Position numbers and translations under genes: made by a program | Source of the DNA: Promethearchaeota archaeon | GTDB lineage: Archaea > Asgardarchaeota > Lokiarchaeia > Sigyniarchaeales > SOKP01 | Reading direction: 5' to 3' | DNA: 64,000 bases | NCBI GenBank assembly: GCA_016840085.1 | Contig: JAEOTA010000064.1 | Span: forward strand, 1-64,000 | Notes under the pieces: generated by a model | Seen by the model: only the letters and a program-made list of their open reading frames with translations | Databases searched by the model: none | Told to the model about the DNA's origin: nothing | Part shown: positions 40,765 to 50,068 of the stretch, one piece after another | How positions within the stretch are numbered: the stretch's first letter is position 1 | Layout of the letters: each line of letters opens with the position of its first letter

Positions 40765-42042
40765 TTATTTCCCCCATTTTTCAATTGCTTTTTTCAATTC
40801 TGGTGAAGTCTTAGCTTTTTCTTCTAAAGAAGAACCTTCTAATACAGAATCTATCGCCTGTCTTATTGCCTTTGCCCCTGCTTCTGTACCGTTAGGGTGA
40901 CCGTGGCAACCTCCACCAAATTGGAATACCATATCTTTGCCTAATATCTCAATTAAATCGGGGATATGCAATGGACTTAAGCCTCCAGAAGCAACAGGTA
41001 AAGTTGGTTTAATTTTTCCCCAATCTTGATTAAGAATTGTTTGACTATTGTCTTCAATTTTTGATTTAGTAATTACATTATTAATTTCCAATACTTCTTT
41101 TTTAGCGCCCTCCATTTTTCCCACTACCGTTCCTGTGTGCAATTGATCCATACCAATTAATCGCATTAATTTAGCTAAAGCTAACATAGTCATTCCATGT
41201 TTTTTGTTTCGAGTAAATGCTGCGTGCATTGCTCTGTGAGCGTGAATTACTAAGTCTTTATCATCGAGGTATTCTCTAATTTCTTGTAAAGCTGAAAAGC
41301 CTATGGTCACTATATCTACCATTACATATTCACCACCATTATCCTTGATAAAATCAGCCCGTTTTTTCATTGTGCTGAGAGGTGATGTTATGTTCGGCAT
41401 ATAGAATTTCCTTTCACCAGTCTCGCTTTCAACTTTATCACGGATTTTCAACGTTTCTATAATTCTTCTCTCAAACTTATTAAACACCATACTTGTTAAG
41501 TTTTCATCATCTTTAACGATGTCAAGTCCTCCTCTCCAAGCTTCTCCACACACTTTTGCATGCTCGGATTCATTCAATCCTACCTTTGGTTTTACAATTG
41601 TTCCTAGAAGCGGACGATCTCTGATTTTAGTCAATTTTCTAATGCCTTCAATTCCGAATTTTGGTCCCTTATATGCATTTATGACATCTCGAGGAAAACT
41701 TATATCTAATAATCTCAAATATTTTAGTGCTTTCATTCCAAAAATATTTCCAGCAATAGCACTTAGTATCTGAGGTAAATTATTGATTTCGAAAAGTTGT
41801 TTAGTATAAGCAATTTTTACTACATTGTTTTCAGGATTAATATAAAACGCCGCTGGTTTGAGTCTTTCAGCGATATCAACAGATAATGTTGCTATTTCAG
41901 TCCAAGTACCAATCGAACTTTCTTTTGCTATTTCTTCACATGCTTGTTCTATATCCTTACAATCTAGTGCTTTTTCTACATAATACATCGCGATAAGATC
42001 ATTTTCATTTGGTTTATACTTTAAATTTACGTAGTGTACCAA
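40765..42042 (-). CDS. rbcL: Ribulose-bisphosphate carboxylase, form III
   Basis: ESSIGTW, GTIVKPKVG, DIVKDDEN, HAHRAMH, HTGT..GK, SGG, GGGCHGHP; TTG start with GGTGA upstream. Confidence 0.95.
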   Translation of the reverse strand: MVHYVNLKYKPNENDLIAMYYVEKALDCKDIEQACEEIAKESSIGTWTEIATLSVDIAERLKPAAFYINPENNVVKIAYTKQLFEINNLPQILSAIAGNIFGMKALKYLRLLDISFPRDVINAYKGPKFGIEGIRKLTKIRDRPLLGTIVKPKVGLNESEHAKVCGEAWRGGLDIVKDDENLTSMVFNKFERRIIETLKIRDKVESETGERKFYMPNITSPLSTMKKRADFIKDNGGEYVMVDIVTIGFSALQEIREYLDDKDLVIHAHRAMHAAFTRNKKHGMTMLALAKLMRLIGMDQLHTGTVVGKMEGAKKEVLEINNVITKSKIEDNSQTILNQDWGKIKPTLPVASGGLSPLHIPDLIEILGKDMVFQFGGGCHGHPNGTEAGAKAIRQAIDSVLEGSSLEEKAKTSPELKKAIEKWGK

Positions 42043-42175
42043 TTAATTTCACCAAACTTGATTTTGTTTTCAATTTAAATAAATAGATGAATATTTCTTA
42101 ATAAGAAATGAATTATAATTATAAAATCATAAAAAATTAATAATATTTTTAATTATCTTACAGAGTGAAGAAACT

Positions 42176-42487
42176 ATGAGTGAAGCAAAAAGCAAAGTTA
42201 TGACTATAGACGTTAAAGATCTTAGTTTTAAAAATGAACAGCACGTTCTTGATATGATAAGATTCTTATCAGAGGCGCTCCCACAAATAAATCTTGATCG
42301 TAATGGAAATGATATTAGCGTTGAAATGCCAATTGCATTATCCAAGAGAGCTTTAAAACTAAGGATTAAGAAATTTTTGTATAAAAAAGGTTTAAACAAA
42401 GATTTCAGACCCATTTCCCATAAATCAATAGAATCAGAAGGATATATAGTAAAAGAAAAGAAAATTGTTGAATTAAGTTATTATTAA
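42176..42487 (+). CDS. rpl22e: Ribosomal protein eL22 homolog
   Basis: LSKRALKLRIKKFLYKKGL aligns by eye with eukaryotic L22e FSKRYLKYLTKKYLKKNNL; N-terminal TID motif. Confidence 0.75.
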   Translation: MSEAKSKVMTIDVKDLSFKNEQHVLDMIRFLSEALPQINLDRNGNDISVEMPIALSKRALKLRIKKFLYKKGLNKDFRPISHKSIESEGYIVKEKKIVELSYY

Positions 42488-42537
42488 ACCTTATTCTCTT
42501 TAATTATAATTATATAGTTAAAAAACTATACTTAGTT

Positions 42538-43512
42538 GTGTCTTTGAATAATACAAATCTCAATTTATCAATCGAATCTATTGACGACTTAATGCGATGT
42601 ATTAATTTAGCAAGTCTCTTAGAATTATCAGGATGGCCAAAACCTGGAAATATACATCGCACTAAAAATTATGAAAATACTAAATTTGAACATTTTTTAG
42701 CAGGAATTGCTGCGATTCAGCCAAATTTTAGAGAATTTTGTAGAAGAATTTCACAATATTCATTTGAAAGTAATAAAGAGTTTAGAGAAATAAATTTAGG
42801 GCTCTTCTTCAAAAAAGCAGCAAAAGAAATGATGAGATGGCAAAATGGAGGAAATGTTTTATTGGGACATATTTTAATATTAAGTCCCCTCGTAGCTGCC
42901 GCTATAATTTGCTTAAAAAAAAGGAAAACTGACTTTGCTAATTTTAAACTCTATTTAAGTAAAGTTATTGAAGAAACTACTGTTGATGACACAGTTAATT
43001 TATATAAGACCATAAGGTTATGCAACCCTGGAGGATTAGGGAAGATTGATAAATATGATATCAATGATGACAATGCATTAAGAGATATAAGATCAGATAA
43101 AATTAAATTAAAAAAAATTTTTGAACTATCCAAAGATTATGATTTAATAAGTTTAGAGTATTCGACTAATTTTAAGATAATTTTAAGTGAAGGTCTTCCA
43201 TATTTTATAGGAATATATAATATTTTTAAGGATCCAAATATCGCAATTGTAAATACATTTTTAAAGTTACTTTCAGCGCATCCTGATACACTCATAATCA
43301 GAAAATCAGGACTAGAATCCGCTTTATATGTTTCAAAATCCGCATCAGAAATTTTGGAATTTGGAGGAATTTCTTCAGAAAAAGGGTTTAAATTGTCTAC
43401 CCAATTAGATATAGAACTCCACGAAAAAAAAGGGAAAATGAATCCAGGAACTACAGCTGATCTCATTTCTGGTGTAATCCTTTGTGCATTGCTTTTTGGG
43501 TTTAGATTTTGA
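42538..43512 (+). CDS. citG: Triphosphoribosyl-dephospho-CoA synthase family (archaeal CitG)
   Basis: PKPGNIHR, DTLIIRK, NPGTTADL. Confidence 0.85.
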   Translation: MSLNNTNLNLSIESIDDLMRCINLASLLELSGWPKPGNIHRTKNYENTKFEHFLAGIAAIQPNFREFCRRISQYSFESNKEFREINLGLFFKKAAKEMMRWQNGGNVLLGHILILSPLVAAAIICLKKRKTDFANFKLYLSKVIEETTVDDTVNLYKTIRLCNPGGLGKIDKYDINDDNALRDIRSDKIKLKKIFELSKDYDLISLEYSTNFKIILSEGLPYFIGIYNIFKDPNIAIVNTFLKLLSAHPDTLIIRKSGLESALYVSKSASEILEFGGISSEKGFKLSTQLDIELHEKKGKMNPGTTADLISGVILCALLFGFRF

Positions 43513-43594
43513 ATTAAAAAAAATTATTTGTTAGGATTATTTTATTATGTTTAAGAGATATGGACAATTATTTTCTGTTTAGGTTTAAAAGATT

Positions 43595-43945
43595 ATGGAA
43601 TTCTGTGATGAATGCGGTAGTATGATGTTACCTTCAAATGTAAATGGAGAAAAAGTATTCAAATGTAAGTGTGGAGCAATTAAGCCTTTTTCTAAAGATA
43701 AATCTGATGCATATAAAGTAACCACTAAAATAGAACATTCAATAAGAGATGAAGTGACTAATCTTACTGAAGTCATGAAGTGGAAGGAAAAAAATTTAAA
43801 AAGTACTATTAAAAATTTTAAATGTCCTCGTTGTGGTTATTCAAAAGCGCATCTTGTGACGCGTCAGACGCGTAGTGCTGATGAGGGTATGACTCATTTT
43901 ATCATATGTTTAAAATGCGGCCGCCATATAAAAATAGGAAGTTGA
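43595..43945 (+). CDS. tfs: Transcription factor S (TFS/RpoM family)
   Basis: FCDECGSMM N-ribbon; CPRC..QTRSADEGMT..CLKC C-ribbon. Confidence 0.92.
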   Translation: MEFCDECGSMMLPSNVNGEKVFKCKCGAIKPFSKDKSDAYKVTTKIEHSIRDEVTNLTEVMKWKEKNLKSTIKNFKCPRCGYSKAHLVTRQTRSADEGMTHFIICLKCGRHIKIGS

Positions 43946-43957
43946 TTTATGAATTGA

Positions 43958-44254
43958 TTAATTAAAAAGTCTTCTTATTATTTCTATTTTTTCTATATCG
44001 TGTAAAAAATCAATTTGAATTAACTTATTAGAATTCCTTATTCCTGAGATAATTTTAATCTGCTTTGAAGAAACTTTAAGCTTTTTCTTAAATAAGTATA
44101 TTAATTCATTATTTGCTTTATTTTGAATCGGTTTTGAACGAATAGAAATTGATAAATAATCACCATGATCAATTAACTTTTGTCTTTTTGCATTTGGCTT
44201 AACCTTTAATTTTAATATAAATGATTTTTCTGAGTTTTTAGTTAGAAATGACAT
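43958..44254 (-). CDS. DUF167/YggU family protein
   Basis: VKPNAK, PIQNKANNEL, IISG. Confidence 0.85.
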   Translation of the reverse strand: MSFLTKNSEKSFILKLKVKPNAKRQKLIDHGDYLSISIRSKPIQNKANNELIYLFKKKLKVSSKQIKIISGIRNSNKLIQIDFLHDIEKIEIIRRLFN

Positions 44255-44275
44255 TACAATTTTATTAATTCTTGC

Positions 44276-45655
44276 TTATATTAAATTATCAATATTGGTT
44301 TTCAACCGATTATATGAAGGTTTTGATAATCTAATCCCTCCAGCTAATTTGTGTCCCCCACCTAATCCTCCTAATTCATTTTTTATATTAGAGATAATTT
44401 TATTTACACCACTCTCCGAATTTTTTTCAAGAAATTTTCTTGAACATCTAATACTTAGCTTAATTGTCCCTGACTTCTTTTCAGGACCACCTAATAATAA
44501 AATTTTATCAGAATCAAAAAGTTCATTGACAGCACTAAAACTTGCTGTATCTGACCAGTTACTTGGTGGAATTTTCCCTTTAACTTCTATAAAAATAGCT
44601 TTTTCTGTTTCATAACGAGGTAATTCATTAGTACAAATTATCAAATTCTGTGAAAGATTTTCAATATATTCAGAATAAAGATTTTTTGCATAACGTGTAA
44701 TGTTCCTCGCCTGTATAATTGAAATAGCAGCACTTATATTTTTGAAACATAAAATATTTAATAAAAGCGCATGTTCAAAAGCAAAATTTAATAAACCTGA
44801 TTTATGTGGGATAAGCGCATAATGACCAGTATTGTTTATGTTCAATTCTTTCTGAATAACTTGAATTTCATTGTCATTTAATTCAATAACTTTTTTTTTT
44901 GGATTTATTTGTAGTTTGTCTAAAAACATATTAATTTTTTGATCTGATTCTCCACTTAATCCATTAATGAAAGGTAAAATACTATGTTTTAAACCATTTT
45001 TAATAGAATTATGCATGTTCCCAAAAAGAATAAGTCCATCTTTGTCCTCAATGAGCTCTTCATCAATTAATTCTTGATATACTTCACGATTATATGATTG
45101 AAGTTTATCCATTGACTTTAAAGAGTCTCCAGCAATACCTATAACTGCTAACCATCCCTGCTTTATTATTTTTGGATTTATTTCTTTTGCAAACATGTAT
45201 GCTAATGTGGCTCCTGCGATATGTTCAAGTCCATCATAACCATGAATAGTTGGGTTGACGAAATATAAATTTTCAGGGAATTTTATGGTTTTAAAATCAT
45301 CGTCTACTTCGTGGTGATCGAGAATAAAAAAAGTTTCTTTTCTGTTTCTTATTATTGGTATAAGTTCTGAGAGGTTAGATCCAACATCAGTAAATACAAG
45401 GGCAGTTTTAGGACTTTGTCTATTCGATAAAATACCTCTTAAATAATTTTCCCAAGAAACAGATCTATTATAAATAAAATAATCATAATTTAAATTTATT
45501 TTATATAATAAATTTTGGATTATATGAAGGCTACTAATTCCATCAGCATCATTATGAGATATCGTAATAACTTGTGAATAGGCTCCATCGATAAATTGGT
45601 CTACGGCTTTATTAAAATCTTCCAAGAATCTTATTTTATTTGGCTTTTTGACCAT
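44276..45655 (-). CDS. DHH family phosphoesterase (RecJ/GAN/Cdc45-like)
   Basis: HNDADG, TDVG, LDHH, GGGHKLAGG. Confidence 0.87.
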   Translation of the reverse strand: MVKKPNKIRFLEDFNKAVDQFIDGAYSQVITISHNDADGISSLHIIQNLLYKINLNYDYFIYNRSVSWENYLRGILSNRQSPKTALVFTDVGSNLSELIPIIRNRKETFFILDHHEVDDDFKTIKFPENLYFVNPTIHGYDGLEHIAGATLAYMFAKEINPKIIKQGWLAVIGIAGDSLKSMDKLQSYNREVYQELIDEELIEDKDGLILFGNMHNSIKNGLKHSILPFINGLSGESDQKINMFLDKLQINPKKKVIELNDNEIQVIQKELNINNTGHYALIPHKSGLLNFAFEHALLLNILCFKNISAAISIIQARNITRYAKNLYSEYIENLSQNLIICTNELPRYETEKAIFIEVKGKIPPSNWSDTASFSAVNELFDSDKILLLGGPEKKSGTIKLSIRCSRKFLEKNSESGVNKIISNIKNELGGLGGGHKLAGGIRLSKPSYNRLKTNIDNLI

Positions 45656-45945
45656 TTAAATCATTTTACACCTAAAATTCAATAATCTATAATAAATCCT
45701 TCTTGTCAAATTGAATCGAATAAGTTCTACTCAATATAAAATTAATAGAAATACAAATATTCAAATATAATTTTACTAAATATACATTTTTTCATTAAAA
45801 ATCTTATAAATTCCAAATAAATTTTATGATTATAAACATTCCGATTTGTTTGGGCTTTTTAGAGGAAATTTTGATAAAAATTAAAATCTGAAGAAAAATT
45901 ATTTAAATTTAATTTTAATTTTCTGTTCTAAATATCTTAAAACAA

Positions 45946-47667
45946 ATGGCTATGATTAATATTAATCAATCTAGAAAGGTAAAATACTTAAGTATTTTTA
46001 CGGTTACAATTGTAATCTTTTCCATATGTCTTCCAACATTATTACAAAATTGGAATGGTAATTCTAACTCTCTTTTCAGTCACAATAATGCTTTGAAAGA
46101 TCATATTAATATAAGTAATTTCTCAAAGGAAAATTATAGTGCAATACTTTCAGAAGAAAAACATGGTTTAGGAAATATCACTGTAACTGATTTGTTGTTT
46201 AATCAATTGGAGTTAGGTATCTATAGCTATAATGATATTTATCCTCTCCTTACAGAGGATTATAATTCTACTGCTATAAATATGACTATCGAAGATTTCA
46301 AATTTATCAATGTTACAACACCAGCTAAACATGACAATCTTGATAACATTATCTCAAATAAAAATAATATTACTTTAATGCTTAATGAAAGTTTATATTT
46401 TAAGTATAATGATTCAAAAACGGGGTATTTAATTTATCTCTCTCGTTTATTTAAGTGCCGTCTTATCGATTTTTATATACAAAATGGAACAGATATTGTA
46501 AAGCTTGAAGAAAAAATAGATTTTTACTTTGACAATTATGATTTTATAGTTTTTCACTATAAGGACTTTCTCCGAGAAAACCCAACGTTTAACTTTTCTG
46601 GCGCGATTTTTAATTTTTCAATGCATTTCATTTGGGAATGGGACTTATTGATAGAAGATTGGGAGCTTATCCAAAATAATGGTTTAACAATAGAAAAAGC
46701 ATTAGAAGATTACCCAGTTGATTTTGCTTATAGTTTTCATTTAACTGGAAGAAAGTATAATCAAAGTGAAATAGGTCAGTATATTTTAGTTGATAATTTG
46801 TTTGTTGCCTTGAGGATTGATTTATTTGATAAAGATTTATTAAATAATTACATATTGGAATTAAATGATGAGATAGTAGACATTAACTCTCATTTAAATC
46901 CAAATAATTCGATTAATGTTTTATTATCTGATTCGTTCACACCGAATTATAACAATTTTAGATTAAATTTTACTACAATATTTACTTTACAATTTGATAA
47001 TCCTGTTGGAAAATTATGGAGTATCGATAGACTTGTGGCTAAACGAAATATACGAGAAAGAATTTATTTTGCTTCAATAACTGCAGGACCAAAACATTTT
47101 TATTTAAAATCTTTATCGTTTTATGAACCTAGTATTCTTTTTGAAGAAATGATTAGTGCATTCTCATTATTCGATAGACAAGTAGATTTTGAATATATCA
47201 ACACTTCTACTCTTGGCGAAACAAGGTTGATAGTGACTGTACCTTATTTGATTCTAGGGGAAACATGTCCTTTCACCCTTAAATACGAAACTACAACAGC
47301 TTTGAAGATTATTATTACCGATATCATTCGTATGCCATTAATCGGAGCAAAAATCAAACTTTTTTATTATGGTAAAGAATATGGAACATATATTTCATCT
47401 AATCGAGTTCAACCAATATCACTTGGAAAAACAGATGAGAATGGTGAAGTCATACTAAATAACGTTGTTATCGGAAACTACACTGTGAAAGTGTATTACA
47501 GGAATTCATTTCTAAAGGAGGCTTCTGTCAATACTTATAAGGAGAATAATTATGTACGCACAAATATTCCTCATTTCCCTCTCTGGATAGTAGTTTTTGG
47601 AGCATTAAATGGGATTATTATTGTTATAGGTGTTTTATTTTATTTCAAAAATAAAAAACTGCGATAA
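45946..47667 (+). CDS. Membrane-anchored extracellular protein with carboxypeptidase-regulatory-like domain
   Basis: N- and C-terminal TM segments, many NxS/T sequons, KTDENGEV..GNYTVKV. Confidence 0.75.
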   Translation: MAMININQSRKVKYLSIFTVTIVIFSICLPTLLQNWNGNSNSLFSHNNALKDHINISNFSKENYSAILSEEKHGLGNITVTDLLFNQLELGIYSYNDIYPLLTEDYNSTAINMTIEDFKFINVTTPAKHDNLDNIISNKNNITLMLNESLYFKYNDSKTGYLIYLSRLFKCRLIDFYIQNGTDIVKLEEKIDFYFDNYDFIVFHYKDFLRENPTFNFSGAIFNFSMHFIWEWDLLIEDWELIQNNGLTIEKALEDYPVDFAYSFHLTGRKYNQSEIGQYILVDNLFVALRIDLFDKDLLNNYILELNDEIVDINSHLNPNNSINVLLSDSFTPNYNNFRLNFTTIFTLQFDNPVGKLWSIDRLVAKRNIRERIYFASITAGPKHFYLKSLSFYEPSILFEEMISAFSLFDRQVDFEYINTSTLGETRLIVTVPYLILGETCPFTLKYETTTALKIIITDIIRMPLIGAKIKLFYYGKEYGTYISSNRVQPISLGKTDENGEVILNNVVIGNYTVKVYYRNSFLKEASVNTYKENNYVRTNIPHFPLWIVVFGALNGIIIVIGVLFYFKNKKLR

Positions 47668-47673
47668 ATTACT

Positions 47674-48000
47674 TTGATAGTTATTTTCTGTGATAATATA
47701 GAAGATTTTATTATATTTCTAAAGAAACGAATTATGAATGAGATCTTTTATGAATTCAAAGAAATTACAAGTGATTCATTATCTATTAAAGGAAATATTG
47801 AAATTGTGCTTCACTTTTTAGCAAAAATTGAAGAAATTATAATACTTTATGAGACTAAGCAAATTATAGCAAAATCAAGTAATTCTAATATTGATGGACA
47901 AGTAATTAATGCTTTAAAAAATATTTTTCAGGGAGTTGATCCCTCATTATCTCTTGTGAAGGGAAAAATACGAGAGATATTCCTGAGTTATTCTTCATAA
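47674..48000 (+). CDS. Hypothetical protein
   Basis: 108-aa ORF directly downstream of the previous gene. Confidence 0.6.
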   Translation: MIVIFCDNIEDFIIFLKKRIMNEIFYEFKEITSDSLSIKGNIEIVLHFLAKIEEIIILYETKQIIAKSSNSNIDGQVINALKNIFQGVDPSLSLVKGKIREIFLSYSS

Positions 48001-48040
48001 ATTCGGATGTAATATAATAGGATTATCTAATTTTCCTAAT

Positions 48041-49627
48041 TTAATTATGGTCGATTTGTTCCCCATATCCTATTAATCGATAACGTCTATTAATAATTCG
48101 AGAAATTGCATAAATGAAATTTTCTGGTGGACAAATAGGAGGTGTTAGTTTTATAATGACACTATTTTTTAATATTTTTGTAACAGTTCCCCCTGTTTTT
48201 TCAGTTCCCACAACTAATAATAATTTCTCTCCATGTTTGAGAGGTTGAACTTTCATTTGAACTTCAGATCCAATAACTCTATCTAAAAGATTTACATTTA
48301 GCTCAACTTCACTAAGAATATTAGGTAAAGTTCCTGTTCCTCCAACTAAATGGCCAATTAGATGATCTCCTTTTGTTAACGCGGGATCTAGTTTTGTTCC
48401 TAAGCCTATAAGACCGCCAGGTTTAGCATTTTCTAAAATGTTATTTCCTTGGCTAATACTTACGACTGTAGATTTTAATGGTACATATTGATCTTTAACA
48501 CGTATACCAGGGCTAATTTCGATTTGATCTCCAACTAAAATTTTTCCTTTTAAAACAGAACCTCCTATTACACCACCTTTTAAATCTTTAATTTCTTTAC
48601 CTGGACGATTGATATCAAAGGATCTTGCTATTAAAAATTGAAATAATTCGTCCTCTTTAAACTTTGGAGAAGGAATAACCTCTTCAAAAGCTCTCACAAC
48701 AAGATGCATATTCGCTCCAAAGACTGCAGATACGGGTATAACTGGAGCATTTTCAGCAACAGTTCCTTTTATAAATTCTTTAATTTGTTGAAAATTCTCT
48801 AAGGCTTGTTCTCGAGAAACAGCATCAATTTTATTTTGTAATATGATAACATTTTTTATCCCAGCAATATTTAAAGCTGCTAAATGTTCCCGTGTTTGGG
48901 GTTGGGGGCATTGTTCATCAGCTGCAATTAAGAGGCACGCCCCGTTCATTAATGACGCACCACTTAACATAGTTGCCATTAAAATCTCATGACCAGGCGC
49001 ATCAACAAAGGAGATATTTCTTCTAAACTCTAAATTTCCTTGACATTTCGGGCATGAAAATCGAAGTTTTCCTTTCTCTCTATTTTTCTCTGCAAGATGG
49101 GCTGTTGTATATTCATCACATTCAGGACAATAAAGAATTGAGGCATTAGAATATCCTAACTTTATTGAAATACCTCTTTCTTGCTCTTCAGAGTGTCGAT
49201 CAGTCCAATCTCCTGTTAACGCCTTTACTAGAGTAGTCTTCCCATGGTCTACATGCCCAACAAGTCCTATATTGCATTCTGCTTGTTTTTTTATTAATTC
49301 TTTTATTTTTGTTCCTTTTTCCTTAGAAATTAATTTTGGTTTAGGCTTTGGTTTAGATTTTGGTTTAGATTTTGATGGAATTTTTTCATCAGTTATTTCT
49401 TTAATTACTGTTGAAGATTTTGTTTTTGCATCTATTTCTTCAATTACTTTTTTAGCGTTTGTAATTATTTTTTCCGCAGTTGCTTTTCCCACGCCTTTTA
49501 TTTGTAATTTTATTAAATCTTCAGGTTTTACAGTAGCTAGTTTTTCAATTGAACCAATTCCTGCCGCTTTCATTTTTTCTGCGATAGATTTACCAATTCC
49601 CGAAATATCTTCTAATTCATAGGACAT
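48041..49627 (-). CDS. eif2g: Translation initiation factor aIF-2 gamma with N-terminal HhH extension
   Basis: GHVDHGKT, RGISIKLGY, DAPGHE, QPQTREH, NKID, RSFDINRPG, RYRLIGYG. Confidence 0.95.
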   Translation of the reverse strand: MSYELEDISGIGKSIAEKMKAAGIGSIEKLATVKPEDLIKLQIKGVGKATAEKIITNAKKVIEEIDAKTKSSTVIKEITDEKIPSKSKPKSKPKPKPKLISKEKGTKIKELIKKQAECNIGLVGHVDHGKTTLVKALTGDWTDRHSEEQERGISIKLGYSNASILYCPECDEYTTAHLAEKNREKGKLRFSCPKCQGNLEFRRNISFVDAPGHEILMATMLSGASLMNGACLLIAADEQCPQPQTREHLAALNIAGIKNVIILQNKIDAVSREQALENFQQIKEFIKGTVAENAPVIPVSAVFGANMHLVVRAFEEVIPSPKFKEDELFQFLIARSFDINRPGKEIKDLKGGVIGGSVLKGKILVGDQIEISPGIRVKDQYVPLKSTVVSISQGNNILENAKPGGLIGLGTKLDPALTKGDHLIGHLVGGTGTLPNILSEVELNVNLLDRVIGSEVQMKVQPLKHGEKLLLVVGTEKTGGTVTKILKNSVIIKLTPPICPPENFIYAISRIINRRYRLIGYGEQIDHN

Positions 49628-49751
49628 GTTAGTATAAAATTTAGGTATTATAACTGCTGTATAAATATTTTCCTATGAATCATTAAGAAAAGATTTTTTA
49701 TTAAATTAATCAATAAAATTAAGAGTTTTAAAAAGAAATAGAGATAAAGTT

Positions 49752-49970
49752 TTATTTAGTTTTTATTGTTTTAATCCCACCAGACTTTTTCTCCAGCTCT
49801 TTAAATGAGACTCTCAAAAGACTATCAACATAAAAAGTAGATGTTTTTTTACAATGTTTACACATAATATAGACTGGTGCGGGATATTGGGTAGGATCTA
49901 TATCTTCCATATCAATTTTGAATGTAATTTTGCTTTCGCAATGTGGGCAAAAATTAAATCGAAGAGGCAT
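49752..49970 (-). CDS. Small zinc-ribbon protein
   Basis: CPHC...CKHC in 72 aa. Confidence 0.65.
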   Translation of the reverse strand: MPLRFNFCPHCESKITFKIDMEDIDPTQYPAPVYIMCKHCKKTSTFYVDSLLRVSFKELEKKSGGIKTIKTK

Positions 49971-50068
49971 TTTCAGTTAATTTAATTTTATAATAAATAG
50001 ATTCTTATTTCTATTATATTTTTTTTAATATAAAATAAATAGTTATAATTGCTTATTACTGATTCTAA

